Positions 10,535 to 22,231 of a stretch of DNA of 22,697 nt are shown in pieces. Both the position numbers and the translations under genes were made by a program. A model generated the notes under the pieces. That model did no database searches and was not told where the DNA came from. It saw nothing but the letters and a program-made list of their open reading frames with translations. Numbering within the stretch: the stretch's first letter is position 1; each line of letters opens with the position of its first letter. Origin of the DNA: Octopus sinensis (Eukaryota); NCBI RefSeq assembly GCF_006345805.1, contig NW_021836748.1, positions 1-22,697 on the forward strand. Reading direction: 5' to 3'.

Positions 10535-13500
10535 ATGGTCAAGATTGGTTGTGTGAATGCGCGTGGCTTGGGATCTCCTTGGAAACAATAGTACCTCCTA
10601 AATGACATCAAGTCACACGATTTGGGAATCATAGCCATAAATGAGACCAGACTCCACGAGCCACGCGCCCTAAAGTCCATGTTTGGCGGACAGTTTAAAA
10701 TTTATTTTTCTCCCTGTCTGCCGAGGATGGGCGGTAGTGGCACCGCGGTACTTTTTCACAAGAGCCTGGATCTCGAAGTCAAGACGATATTCATAGACCC
10801 GGAGGGTAGACTGGTCGTCCTCGATGTCGACGGCAGCCTGGGTGCACTTTTCGACTCGTATCAGTCTACGCACCGCCTTTACCAGGTCGGCCGGATTTCT
10901 TTTGACGTCTAGAAGTATTCCTGGGAACGTCTCGTCCTTTACTTTTAGTGGGGGATTGGAATGCTACCCTGGACACGCATCTAGACTATGTGGGGAGAGA
11001 CAAAAACAGAAGGGGATGCAAGTGCCTCAGAGACCTGCTCAGACGCTTTCAACTGTCTGACAGGTTCCGACTAGACCACCCGAATGCGCCAACGTGGACA
11101 TGGAGCAACCGCATCGGGTCGTCGAGATCGTATCTAGATAGGATACTGTGTAGGACAGTAGACAGGGATAACTTAGGATGTCTACAATTCCATACAGTCA
11201 GCTACACGGATCACAAATTCGTAACGTGTACGCTAGACTTAGATAAGGCACATAGACAGGGTCCCGGTTACTGGAAACTAAACGAATCTTTCCCGTCCAG
11301 ACAGGTTTTCAGAGACAGAATCAACACGTCAGTAAAGAGGGCTTTAACGGGAGCCATCGTCAACAACAAATGGTGGTTCGCCCTCAAGAGAGCAGTAAAA
11401 GGGGAAGCTATTAGATATAGCAAGGCACTAGCCGTAGATAGAAATAGAGTAGAGGGTGAATTAGTTAAGAAGTTAGAAGAGGCAATAAGAAGCGGCATCA
11501 CATCCGACGTTTTAGGGGCGAGGTTGGCCCTCGACCAACGAAGGGTGTGCTGTCAGGGCTAGGATGCGTGCTCTAAGGAACGAAGGTGTTGGAGCCGCGA
11601 GAGAGGCCCGGGTGGCGGAGGCGCAGCAGGGCAACAAAGCCACCATTCGGTCTCTGGTAGCGAATTGCTCGAGCCCAGCAAGATGTGCGAGGCATTTCAG
11701 CGGCACTTTGCCCGACTGTACGGGACGAGTGGCGAGCGTGAACGCAGTGTGGACTTCAGTGCCTACCTGCACAGCCTGCCATGACTCTCGGCAAGAGAGG
11801 CAGAGTGCTGCGAAGGTACCATCACGGCGGCGGATGTGCGGGACGCGATGGCAGAATGCTCGAGAGATAAATCGCCGGGTTTGGATGGTCTGCCCTACGA
11901 GCTTTACAATTGTATGCCAGACTTGTTTGGAGACGTCTTGGCAGCGGTATACTGCAACTGGCAGCAAAACGGGAGCATACCCGGTTTTGCGAGTCGTGGA
12001 GCCGTAACGCTGCTGAAGAAAGATCCAAACAAGAGGGACATTATGGATAACTTTAGGCCCATCATTCTGCTCAATGCAGACCTGAAAATTTTGGCCAAGG
12101 TGTTAGCCAAGAGGTTGGCGCTTGTCATCGAGAAACTGGTCGACAAGGCGCAAACGTGCGCCGTGATGGCCGGAGCATCCATGACAACCTCCATCTGATG
12201 CGCTACATCATAGACAGAGTAGTTAACGAACCTGGCATGGGTGGGGCCCTGATCAATTTGGATCAATCGAAAGCTTTCGATAGGGTAGACCATCGATACT
12301 TGGAGGCAGTCCTGAGAGCGGCTGGTTTCGGTCACATATTCTGCGGCTGAATGGCTGCCTTGCACAGAGGTATCCGTTCGGTAATTCGCGTGAATGGACA
12401 TCTAGAGACTTTTCGACATTGCACGTTCGGTCCGTCAGGGATGCCCCCTCTCGTCGCTTCTATACGTATTGACTCTCGAGCCACTACTGCAGAAACTGGC
12501 GACTCTGAGGGGCATCCCGTGAGAATTGGGATGCGGGACGAGCGTGTCTGCATACGCGGACGACGTCACCGTCACAGTGTCTAGCCACGAGCACATCGAG
12601 CTGGTCGGCGAGACACTGAAAGACTACGAAGCGGTGACGGGAGCGAAAATTAACTGGGAAAAGTCAGTGGGCTTGCGGCTCGGCACCTGGAGAAGCAAGC
12701 CCATGCCGTCCACCAGTACCGCCGTCGTGGGACGCTGGACGGATGGCCCGGTTAAGTTGCTCGGGTTCTGGTTCGGTCCGGACCTCCAAATGAAGAAGAA
12801 TTGGAACGAAATAACGAGTAGGGTGGTCACTCTCGCCCGGTAATGGGCCTAGAGGAAACTGTCTCTAAAAGGTCGGACGGAGGTGGCGAACACGTGCATC
12901 GCGTCCATCATCTACTACCACCTGACCGTCGTACCTTGTGTCGACCCTACCATCACCAAACTAGAACGCATTCTCTTCCGCTTCTTGTGGAAAGGATGCG
13001 TCGCGATGCATTTGCTGTCAACACCAGTTAAAAGAAGGCTGGGTATGCCGTGGTTGATGATGCGCAGACACGCGCTGAGACTGCGACATCTCCAGCTCTA
13101 TGTAGTCGACGGTGAACAGGTGTGGTCGCCGTTTGTGAAGCACGCTTTCCCGCAGCTCGTCTGAATGAAAGAACTGCAGTCGTGGATCAAAAAGAGGCCG
13201 AGGAAGGGCGAATGGCACCGCGAGTGTCGCGTTGCTCTCAAGCAACTATGCCGTCCCGGGTCGACCTTGAGTGACTTCAACACAACCCAAGCATTCTATA
13301 GGGGATTAGTGGAGGGGAGGTACGACGACGATCTTGGGGCGAACCTCGGTGTCGACGAGGAATACCTGACCCGCCTGTTTGAGACGACTTTCGGGCCGGG
13401 ACCTATGGACAACTTCCAGAGATCCCTGGCCTGGCAGTGCTACCGAGAAGCGCTACCCGTTCGGGATAAGCTCTATAGGCATGGTTCGAGAAACACGGGG

Positions 13501-13926
13501 CCGACCTGCCCGAGATGCGGGAAGAGCGACGAAACCGTTCTGCACGCAATCGTGCAGTGTCCAACAATCTCCGACCTGTGGGTTTATGTCGAACGACTGC
13601 TGTCACGTGTGGGACCTGTCGGTTTATCAGCCAAGTCTATCGTTAATATCGTCACGCCTCCTTCCTTCAAACGTGAAGGAAGAGCTATTTTTATCATACT
13701 TGTGGCTATGGCGAAAGAATGTATCTGGTGGACGCGCCTGAAAGGATTAGAGACAAACACTTTCCTCTCTGGTCAATCTCTCAGCAACTTCTTCAAGTAT
13801 CACTTGAAGAGGAAAGTGAGAGTAGAGAGGCAAGTTTTGTCTAGTGAATGTTTTAAAAAAAGATGGGTGAATGTAGCAAGGATAGCACGTATAAATGGTG
13901 AAGCCACCTTGACTATGATCCTATGA
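10535..13926 (+). pseudogene. ORF2 (APE endonuclease, reverse transcriptase, C-terminal zinc finger), disrupted by several stops and frameshifts
   Basis: APE motifs IGCVNARGL, IAINETRL, VGDWNA, SYLDRIL, TDHKFV. RT motifs KSPGLDGLPYELY, FRPIILLNADLKILAKVLAKRL, LDQSKAFDRVDH, VRQGCPLS, AYADDVTV. Zinc finger CPRCGKSDETVLHAIVQC. First stop at 10589. Confidence 0.95.
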
Positions 13927-14266
13927 ACCGTAAAAATTAATACAGAGAGTTGCTTATTTGTAAAGAAATGTGACTTCATTGGCCGAGGTTACCGTGGTCT
14001 TTTCCGTAGGCTTTACTTTCCACGCGTAAACCTCACCTGTCCTCCCCTTTACACTTTATATTGACATTTCTGTGATAACGATCCCTATTGATCGATTTTT
14101 TCTTTTCCATTTATTTTTACCCCCCACCCCACCCCTGATTTTTTGCCTTCCTCTTTCTTTCCTTTTACGGTCCCTTTTGATCGAAAACCAAACCCCCTCT
14201 TATTATCCCCCAAAAGAAAAGCTCTATCTTGTATTTTGTCCCGTCTGTGTGCAGCCCTGTGTGGCT

Positions 14267-14272
14267 AATAAA
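14267..14272 (+). terminator. Polyadenylation signal AATAAA at the 3' end of the Tx1-like element
   Basis: AATAAA, then gga, then directly (ATCT)n. Confidence 0.6.
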
Positions 14273-14275
14273 GGA

Positions 14276-14343
<68 letters not shown>

Positions 14344-14352
14344 ATCTAACTG

Positions 14353-14396
<44 letters not shown>
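14276..14396. repeat. (ATCT)n array at the 3' junction of the Tx1-like element
   Basis: Seen directly; same strand and unit as 8111-8292. Confidence 0.95.
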
Positions 14397-14427
<31 letters not shown>

Positions 14428-14600
14428 ATGTATATATATAAATATGTATATATATATATACACATATGTGTGTGTGTGTTTGTATATGTATATGTATGTA
14501 TGTTTGTATGTATGTTGTATGTATGAGAATGAACAGTAAACAAATAAGATCAAGAAAAACAACAACAACAACAACAACAACAACAAACAACAACAATAGC
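14397..14600. repeat. (TA)n/(TG)n/(TATG)n and (CAA)n microsatellites
   Basis: Seen directly. Confidence 0.85.
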
Positions 14601-14924
14601 TGCAGCAAAATTGCATCGCAGTATTCATTACTTCACATTATCCAATCCTTATGAAAAAAGAAAACAAGCAAAAAAACAAAAAGAAGAAAAAGCTGTGCGT
14701 TGTAGATTTAAACAGATATAGTTGCTTTTTCTAGAAGGTCGTGTGACTGCGTTGAGGATCACTTTGACCTGGGGCTAAACAGCAACATTAGGCCGTTCTA
14801 TGACAAACAAGAGAAATACTAGAAGGAAATGATGTCTGTTTTGAACTTCAAATTTTCACATTTACAATTGCGACTTCCTGCAATTCCGTACCGTTTAATG
14901 TTTTACTTGAAATTTGTCCTTGCC

Positions 14925-15010
14925 ATATGTGCGTGCGCGCGTGCGTGTTTGTGTGTGTGTGTGTGTGTATGTGTGTATGCACACCGGCGTTTTGCGTCTG
15001 TGTGTGCGTA

Positions 15011-15042
<32 letters not shown>

Positions 15043-15065
15043 CATACATACATACATACATACAT

Positions 15066-15098
<33 letters not shown>

Positions 15099-15465
15099 TA
15101 CATACATATATATATATATATATGTATGTATGCATGTGTATGCTCACACACCAATAGGATTACAGAATGCATACATGTCTATATAAATATATATATACAT
15201 ATATTTTTATATATCATCATATATACCGCCCGATACGACATATATGCATGCATCAATTTGTAGACAATATACACATGCAGTTATACTATATATATATATA
15301 AATAAATTATATATATATATATTATATATATATTATATATATATACATGTATATAAACATAAACGTATGATTGATTGATGGATTCTAGTTTCAGCTTATG
15401 ATATGTATATATGTATTATTTTCCATTCATATTTGTATTCAGACACATTCATAAGTGTATATAAA

Positions 15466-15508
<43 letters not shown>

Positions 15509-15725
15509 ATATATATATATATATAATATACTACATATATACATAGACACATACATATAGATACATCTACATACATACGTAAGTATGTATATGGGTGTTT
15601 GTGTACATAGACACACTAAATAAGTGCATGTATAACATATATGAAAGATATACTGGTATACACGCACTCATACATGCGCGCACGCGCAGACAAACACTCA
15701 CCCACACACACACACTCACACGTAC
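14925..15725. repeat. Compound (TG)n/(CT)n/(TACA)n/(TA)n block
   Basis: Seen directly, with short unique interruptions. Confidence 0.85.
15368..15401 (-). mobile_element. 34-nt retroposon 3'-end stub, same family as 593-655
   Basis: tgattgattgatggattctagtttcagcttatga matches 593-630 apart from the tail length and one tail substitution. Confidence 0.55.
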
Positions 15726-16129
15726 ACGCAGTTACTCTCTTTCACAGACACACTAAAATCCTGACTTTTTTTTTCTATCTCCACGATGTTGTGACCTCGA
15801 AGTTCTCTTTTGAAGAAATGAAGCCACAAGTAATTCCTTTATGATTTCAACTTCCCTCCTACTGCTACTGTTGCTGTTGGTCCTCCTCCTCCTGTTGCCG
15901 CTGCGGCTACTGCGGCTGCTGCTGCTGTTTTCGTCATTTAGAATCATGGCGGCTCTGGCCTAACCGTCACCGTTTATGCTCGACCGATCCGATTTTCTGA
16001 AACAGTGAAACCACAGACTGTTTTTTATTTTTAGTGTGTATGTTTTTGGTAAACCCAGAAGGGTGTGGCTTCAAGAAGATTTCGCTGCCGATTCGAGCTG
16101 ATCCGGAATGCATTTTATATTATAATACA

Positions 16130-16396
16130 TATATTTTTATAGACGCACTCATTTACATTCGTACATACACTTATATACTGTATGCATATAAGTATATATG
16201 CATACATGCATGCGCGCATACATGCATGCATATATATGTATACATACATGCATACATATATTCATAGTACATATACATACACACATATACCTATCTATAT
16301 GCACAGACATATACATGAATTATCTATACATACATATCTATATTCATATATGTGTGTGTATATATATATACATATATGTGTGTGTGTGTGTGTGTG

Positions 16397-16435
<39 letters not shown>

Positions 16436-16819
16436 CCGCACACATATATTTGTGTATATATTCATATATGCATATGAATACATACGGATAGATAGTGATG
16501 ATGTATGTATGTATATATATATTGCGTACACACACATAAACGTATATATACATATGTTTTAGTGTATATATGTGTGTTCGTACACGCACGAACATATATC
16601 AATGAGTTAAATATATATATATATCTACAAACATATGATGTATGTAGTATGTACCTACAATGCATGTATGTATGTATATATATTATATATACTATATTAT
16701 ATAATATATATCTATATGATATGGTATGTATGTATGTATGTTTATATAATAATATAATATATATTATATATATATATATATAATATATATATAATAATAT
16801 ATATATATATATAATATAT

Positions 16820-16871
<52 letters not shown>

Positions 16872-16905
16872 ATATATATATATTTCTATATATATATATA
16901 TGATC
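16130..16905. repeat. Long degenerate (TA)n/(TG)n/(CATA)n block
   Basis: Seen directly. Confidence 0.85.
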
Positions 16906-18160
16906 ATTGTAAACATAATTTGAGACCCAAAAATGAATTACAAACCCACAGGCGGATATTATGTTTTAATATTGTTTATATTAACATTCTTAACTGTTAA
17001 TGTACAATATATATATGGAGTGTGTGTGTGTCTCTGTGTGTGTCTGTGCATTTGTGTATCTGTGTGTGTTTGTGTGTCTGTTTGTGTAGTTGGGTGTTAC
17101 TGTGTATGCTTGCGTGAGTGCGTTTGAAAGGGAGAATGCAACATTCTGAAGCTGGCCAGTATTTCATTGCTAATTGTTTTAACAGCGTTTAAGTACAAAC
17201 TAAACCTTTTTTTAACTTGAGAAATTACATAATCTTTGCTTCTATTATAAGTATGTTAGTATTAATACATTTAATGTCAGGAGAATTTAGAACTTAATTA
17301 TGCGTCGAGGAAAATAAATCAATATAATCTGAGGGCTGATATTAGTTTATTTTGCATCTCCCCAACAAAGTATAAAGTTCTTTAAAGCATAAAGGAGTAT
17401 TAAAATTTACTTGAAGCATTGCAATAGATATAAATGAGACAAATACTTGCAAAATCCTTTGAGTAATTGAGAAGTTATGCAAAGCGACTAAGATGATGGC
17501 AATGAATGCAAACAAAGAGAAAATACTCTATACGTCACATTGGTTGTTTAATATTAATATAATATTTCGGGAAGTGTTCTCCTTTTGAAATAGAAGAAGC
17601 AAAATAATGGAATGGAGAGATGCGTTATTATCGACAGGTCATTCTACTGAATTAGCCAGTATACCAGTGGTTGGTTGAGTGCTGGTACATAAATAGTGCC
17701 TTGGAAAGGCCAGTGAATGATAGTTCAATTTCAAGGTACGTGAGACAGTAGGTAAGATATTTTGAAATTTTCTTTGGCCAGCAATATGTAATTAAAATAA
17801 GGTTTACTTGAAAACAATAGCTAAGCTAGTGTTAACATCAGGAAATGTTGGAGACGTTAAATAGTAATGACTAGAAATAAACATGAGATAGAAGGAAAAT
17901 GATATTAGTCAATCACTAGTCCTATTTTGAGGGTTTTCCGAACGGCTACTACGGGAGGTGTCTCTAGGTATATTTAGATATTATGTTTAGATTTCGTTTC
18001 TGTAACATAATTCATTTAGAGACAGTCATGAGCATCTGCAAATGTGCACGATAGAACTTCAATCTGGTTGCTTGATCTGCAAGAAATCGCAGTCAATTCT
18101 TCTTCAAATGGCATCCTGCAGTTAAAGATTGAAGGAGAAACAAGAGCACTCAGAGAGCGC

Positions 18161-18491
18161 AAACCTCCGCCAAGGCAACACCAACGTCCTCTCAACGATT
18201 AACAAGAGATGATTTTTAAAATGAGAATATCTGAAATAAACTCGACTGCTCTCACAAACGAGAATACTAAAAATAAACCTGACCACTCTCAAAAATAAAG
18301 TAAACAAAAAAAAAACAAAAAAAAACCGGAAAATAATCCAGAATCCTTGTCCGATACCAGATCGATCCCAAAATCTAATGAGTTCGTGCCAGTCCAGTGG
18401 GATATCTTTCCACGGACAAACAAACATACAAACAAACTAACGAACGCGACTGAAAACAACACCCACGCCTTCGCTAATGCAGAGGTAATAA
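18161..18491. mobile_element. Non-autonomous DNA element, possibly Helentron-associated (HINE/DINE-1-like)
   Basis: Left acctccgc (18163-18170) is nearly complementary to right gcagaggt (18479-18486). Decayed 3' stem-loop acccacgcct-tcgcta-atgcagaggt and an internal (AAAC)n tract. The class is inference. Confidence 0.4.
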
Positions 18492-18881
18492 CAATCGCCA
18501 CATGGGACTGCTTTGTTTTTCATTATTCCGGGCTGGATAAAATAATGTCCCAGACATGCACTGGGGTTAATTTAATAGACTTGCATCACCCCTCAATATT
18601 TCTGGCCTTGTACTAAGTGTGTCATTATGCATCTAAACAATTTGAGTTGAAGGAACAGAACAACAAAAGAACTTCATCCTATAATCAACAGACACATTTG
18701 TCCAATCTGAAGCAAACTCATCATTGACCTCATTGGGACTTCCCTGGACTCAGGTTGCATTCTCGCATCCATTCTATATAGATGCAGCTTCTATTTTTCA
18801 TCCTTCTATCTTTTTAAAAAAATTATTTTAAAACCTTTCATTTAAACACTCACGTCGAAATCAACAGGAGTGACCATCACC

Positions 18882-18885
18882 ATTA

Positions 18886-18974
<89 letters not shown>
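18882..18974. repeat. (ATT)n array; (AAT)n tail of the LINE fragment at 18975-19284
   Basis: Seen directly. Confidence 0.95.
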
Positions 18975-18975
<1 letters not shown>

Positions 18976-19284
18976 TGTTTTATTTTTGCTTTATATTTGC
19001 ACAGTTGGCTCCAAGTCTCACCCAGAGACCTCAAGAGGCAACAGGTTGGAAGTTCATGTTGTTGTTATGCCTAGTGTGCCATATATTTGTTTTTTTTTTT
19101 TTTGTGTCGTACTAGTGAATGTCTAAAAAAAATCGAAAATTATGTTTGCTTTAAACCTTGAGATTACATAGAAAGTATTTTTCGTAGGATATGAGCAGTT
19201 CCCATGAGCACTAACTTTTGAATTTCTGCCATTTTGGGGTTTCCTGGTATCTGAGTTAGGTAGCAATCAGCCTATTTTGCGATC
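18975..19284 (-). mobile_element. 3' fragment of an RLE-type (R4/Dong-like) LINE, family C
   Basis: Minus strand encodes ADCYLTQIPGNPKMAEIQKLVLMGTAHILRKILSM* (stop 19166-19164), then a 3' UTR unlike that of family A, then (aat)n. Confidence 0.7.
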
Positions 19285-19331
<47 letters not shown>

Positions 19332-19387
19332 TATTATTATTATTATTATTATTATTGTTATTGTTATTGTTGTTGTTGTTGTTGTTG

Positions 19388-19422
<35 letters not shown>

Positions 19423-19431
19423 GTTATTATT
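19285..19431. repeat. (ATT)n/(GTT)n array; tail of family A copy 2
   Basis: Seen directly. Confidence 0.95.
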
Positions 19432-20847
19432 CAGTAGTTTTATTTTTATAGCGTGCTTTCACTTCACTACCGAGCGCTGCTCTGTGTGCCTAAGGTATGT
19501 GCTGTGATTTGTTGTGATGCTCTGATGGTTATTGTATGGAAAGTGTTCTAAGTAGGATGTGTGCAGTGCCCAGTACTGCAATTTTCTGTATGTTATATGT
19601 GTTTGCAAGTCTGGTGTTTTTGTTATGTTATTTGTCTGAATATTTTTTATCATGCCTAATCACCTACTATGATAGGATTTGTTTCTGTTTTCAGATTCCA
19701 CATTCTAGTTACCTCCATTTCCAGGTCTTTGTATTTTGAAAGTTTCTCCATTTCTTTTAGAGACACGTTGTCATCTGCTGGTATTGATACATCAATTAGA
19801 AAGCATTTTTTTTTCATGATCTCTGACAACTATATCTGGTCTGTTGGTCTTAATTTCTCTATCTGTGTGTATTGGTATATCCCAGAGTATGGTTGCTTTC
19901 TCGTTTTCTGTGACCTTTTCTGGTGTGTGTTTATACCATCTTTTTCTGTTGTTATTCCATAATGTTGGCATAGCTTCCAGTGTATGTAGGTCCCAACTCT
20001 GTCGTGTCTGTGAATATATTCCTTCTTAGCCAGGACTGGGCAGCCAGAGATAATATGATTTATTGTTTCTTGTCCATCTCCTATATTCTGCAGTTACTTG
20101 TTATATTTCTTTTCATTATAATGGTTTTGGTAATTTCTGGTGGGGAGGCTTTGGTCTTGTGCTGCAATTAAAAATCCCTCTGTCTCTGCTTTGAGTCCTG
20201 AGCTTCTCAACCACTGCTGGGATTTTCTTTGTCTATTTCTTTTGCATTTAGTTAGTCCAGTACTTGCCACGAAGGGGCTTTTCTTGCCATCGTTTTATCA
20301 TGGTCCGTTGCTGTTCTAGTTTTAGTTTTGATTTCATTTGCTTTATAGCTTTTGTTGTGTTTTCTTCTTCTTCTTCCCTATTTGTTAGGTGGTATGATTT
20401 CTTGTTTGTATTTGTCAGTTTCCTTAAATACTGAGAAAATTTTTTGTTTTGCTCGTGTTTTGCCGCTATTTGTATCAGTTTTCCCTTGCTTTCTGAAGTA
20501 GGTATTTTTGAAGTGCTATGGTGGTTATTTTATAGTATTTCCAGCTTTATAAGGCCCCTACCCTTCTATACGTGTATATATAGCCTTTCTATGTCAGATT
20601 TTGGGTGATTCATCCTAGATCTCATTATTTTTTCTTGTTTTCCTATCTATTTTGGTTAGTTCATTAGCATCCAGTTAAGGATATTGTAGCTGTAACTTAT
20701 AATTGGGACGGCTAAAGTGTTAATCCCTATTATCTTGTTTTTAGCATTGAGCTCTGTTTTTAGTATTGATCTAACTCGTCTATAGTATTCTTTCTTTATT
20801 TTCTCTTTCATTTGTGTGTGTGTGTCTTATCTAGTTCATGGATTCCT
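19432..20847 (-). mobile_element. 5'-truncated RLE-type (R4/Dong-like) LINE, family A copy 2, frameshifted
   Basis: Minus strand gives GIHELDKT..MKEKIKKEYYRRVRSILKTELNAKNKIIGINTLAVPIISYSY; HPKSDIERLY; AAQDQSLPTRNY; CRI(C)GDGQETINHIISGCPVL (CCHC); ILWDIPIHTDREIKTNRPDIVVRD..CFLIDVSIP..KLSKYKDLE (PD-D restriction-like endonuclease). The R4 clade assignment is inference. Confidence 0.9.
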
Positions 20848-20896
20848 TTTACTTTTTGAGACATAGTAGGATAATATTATGCAATATCGCCTTTCC

Positions 20897-20939
<43 letters not shown>

Positions 20940-20992
20940 AGCTAATAGCTAGCTAGCTACACACACACACATCACAAAATCTGCTACTCAGA

Positions 20993-21037
20993 GTTTCCCG
21001 TTCCCGTTTGATTGACCGACGAACAGGAACGTGAAAC
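20993..21037. other. 18-bp imperfect hairpin with a 9-nt loop
   Basis: gtttcccgttcccgtttg (20993-21010) pairs with cgaacaggaacgtgaaac (21020-21037): 15 Watson-Crick pairs, 1 G-U pair, 2 mismatches. Confidence 0.5.
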
Positions 21038-21259
21038 CCTTAACAGTTTTTGTGATGCTTTTGCAGCTTTATCAATAATGTGTGTGTGTGTGTGCCTATG
21101 TATATATATATATATGTACAAAATTGGACAAGAACGCAAAACATCCAGAGGACAAGGTGATACAAAAAGGGACAACAAAACATCCAGATTGACGATACCA
21201 ATAAAACACGGACGGGTCATTCGAAGACTTTAATCTTCAGTCAAGAACCAGATCATTCT

Positions 21260-21422
21260 CGACGGGCATCTTTCAGTTTCCGTCTACTAAATCCACTCGC
21301 AAGGTTTTGGTCGACCCGAAGCTATAGCAGAATACACTTTCCCAAGGTGCCACGCAGAGCGACTGAACCCGGAACCGTGTGGTTAGAGAGCAAGCTTCTC
21401 ACCACACAGCCACGCCTGCGCC
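21260..21422 (-). mobile_element. tRNA-derived SINE with a CORE-like segment
   Basis: Minus strand has ggcgcaggcgtggctgtgtggtgagaagc (A box), ccgggttcagtc (B box), then ggcaccttgggaaagtgta, resembling the CORE domain. Confidence 0.75.
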
Positions 21423-21535
21423 CATACATGTATACAGACGATGTATGAGCATTCAATTTTTGCCGATTGACCTACACACATGATTTGTTTATAATGATCA
21501 AATGTACGTGCTACACATAAGCACATTCTCTCCAA

Positions 21536-21866
21536 GGCGCATGGCTCAGTGGTTAGAGCGTCGAGCTTACGATCGTGAGGTTGTGAGCTCGAATCCCGGA
21601 CGGGCTGCGTGTTGTGGTTCTTGAGCAAGACACTTTATTTCACGTTGCTCCAGTTCCTCAGCTGTAGAAATGAGTTGCGACGTCACTGGTGCCAAGCTGT
21701 ATCGACCTTTGTCTTTCCCTTGGATAACACTGGTGGCGTGAGAGGGGAGGCTGGTATGCATGCGAGCTGCTGTCTTCCATAAACAATTGCCCGGACTTGT
21801 GTCTAGGAGGGTAACTTTCTAGGTGCAATCCCTGGTTATTCATGACCGAAGGGGTCTTTACCCTTT
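21536..21866 (+). mobile_element. tRNA-derived SINE, apparently complete
   Basis: tRNA-like head ggcgcatggctcagtggttagagcg...gagctcgaatcccgg, CORE-like cttgagcaagacacttt, and a body ending at a (TA)n tract. Confidence 0.85.
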
Positions 21867-21875
21867 ATATATATA

Positions 21876-21931
<56 letters not shown>

Positions 21932-21983
21932 ATATATAAATATATATATATATCTATATATATATTATATATATATATATATA
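21866..21983. repeat. (TA)n microsatellite
   Basis: Seen directly. Confidence 0.95.
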
Positions 21984-22231
21984 CAAACATAAAGATATAC
22001 CCGAGGAATAGGATATCTGACTCGCTAGAAAGAGCAGTTAAAGACTCCAAGCCCCCAATTGTTGTATTCCGAAGTGGTTGAAAATAAAAAACCTTGCAGG
22101 GTCTAGGATTAAGGTAAACGTTTTTATTTTTCAATCACTTTCGGAATTACAACAATTTGTGGCTTGGAGTTTTTAACTGCTCTTTCTAGCGAGTCAGATA
22201 TCCTATTCTTCGGATATCTCTTTTATGTTTG
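21984..22231. repeat. Long inverted repeat (foldback) with ~110-bp arms and a 27-nt spacer
   Basis: 21984-22092 is the reverse complement of 22120-22231 with few differences. A 37-nt core is perfect (22006-22042 with 22172-22208). Confidence 0.92.

Larger units (their letters stand above)
8293..14275 (+). mobile_element. Near full-length, inactivated L1/Tx1-clade non-LTR retrotransposon
   Basis: Two-ORF layout: ORF1 with a CCHC knuckle; ORF2 with APE, RT and a C-terminal zinc finger; 3' UTR with AATAAA. The 5' boundary is inferred from the end of the (TATC)n array. Assignment to Tx1 rather than another L1 subgroup is inference from ORF1 type and motif style. Confidence 0.88.

Noticed and set aside
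10589-13164. Several ORF2 stops that could be CGA-to-TGA changes, hinting at CpG methylation
   Set aside because: Ancestral codons are unknown without a consensus, and there are too few sites.
10670-13606. Antisense and alternate-frame ORFs over ORF2
   Set aside because: Expected shadows of GC-rich coding sequence or pieces created by frameshifts.
14120-14136. C-rich tract in the Tx1 3' UTR (possible minus-strand G-quadruplex)
   Set aside because: Marginal: four G tracts need one run to be split, and it is on the antisense strand.
15753-15947. Minus-strand ORF with a gccgccATG context
   Set aside because: Built on decayed CAG/GAG repeats, with no domain or splice support. One Kozak-like match is expected by chance.
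16933-17127. ORF with a signal-peptide-like start (MNYKPTGGYYVLILFILTFLTV)
   Set aside because: AT-rich DNA readily gives hydrophobic runs; it continues into (TG)n with only a weak donor.
17638-17735. AG...GT bounded segment
   Set aside because: Stops in all three frames and a poor pyrimidine tract.
21536-21602. tRNA gene
   Set aside because: The anticodon stem does not pair properly, and the sequence runs into a SINE body. It is a SINE head.
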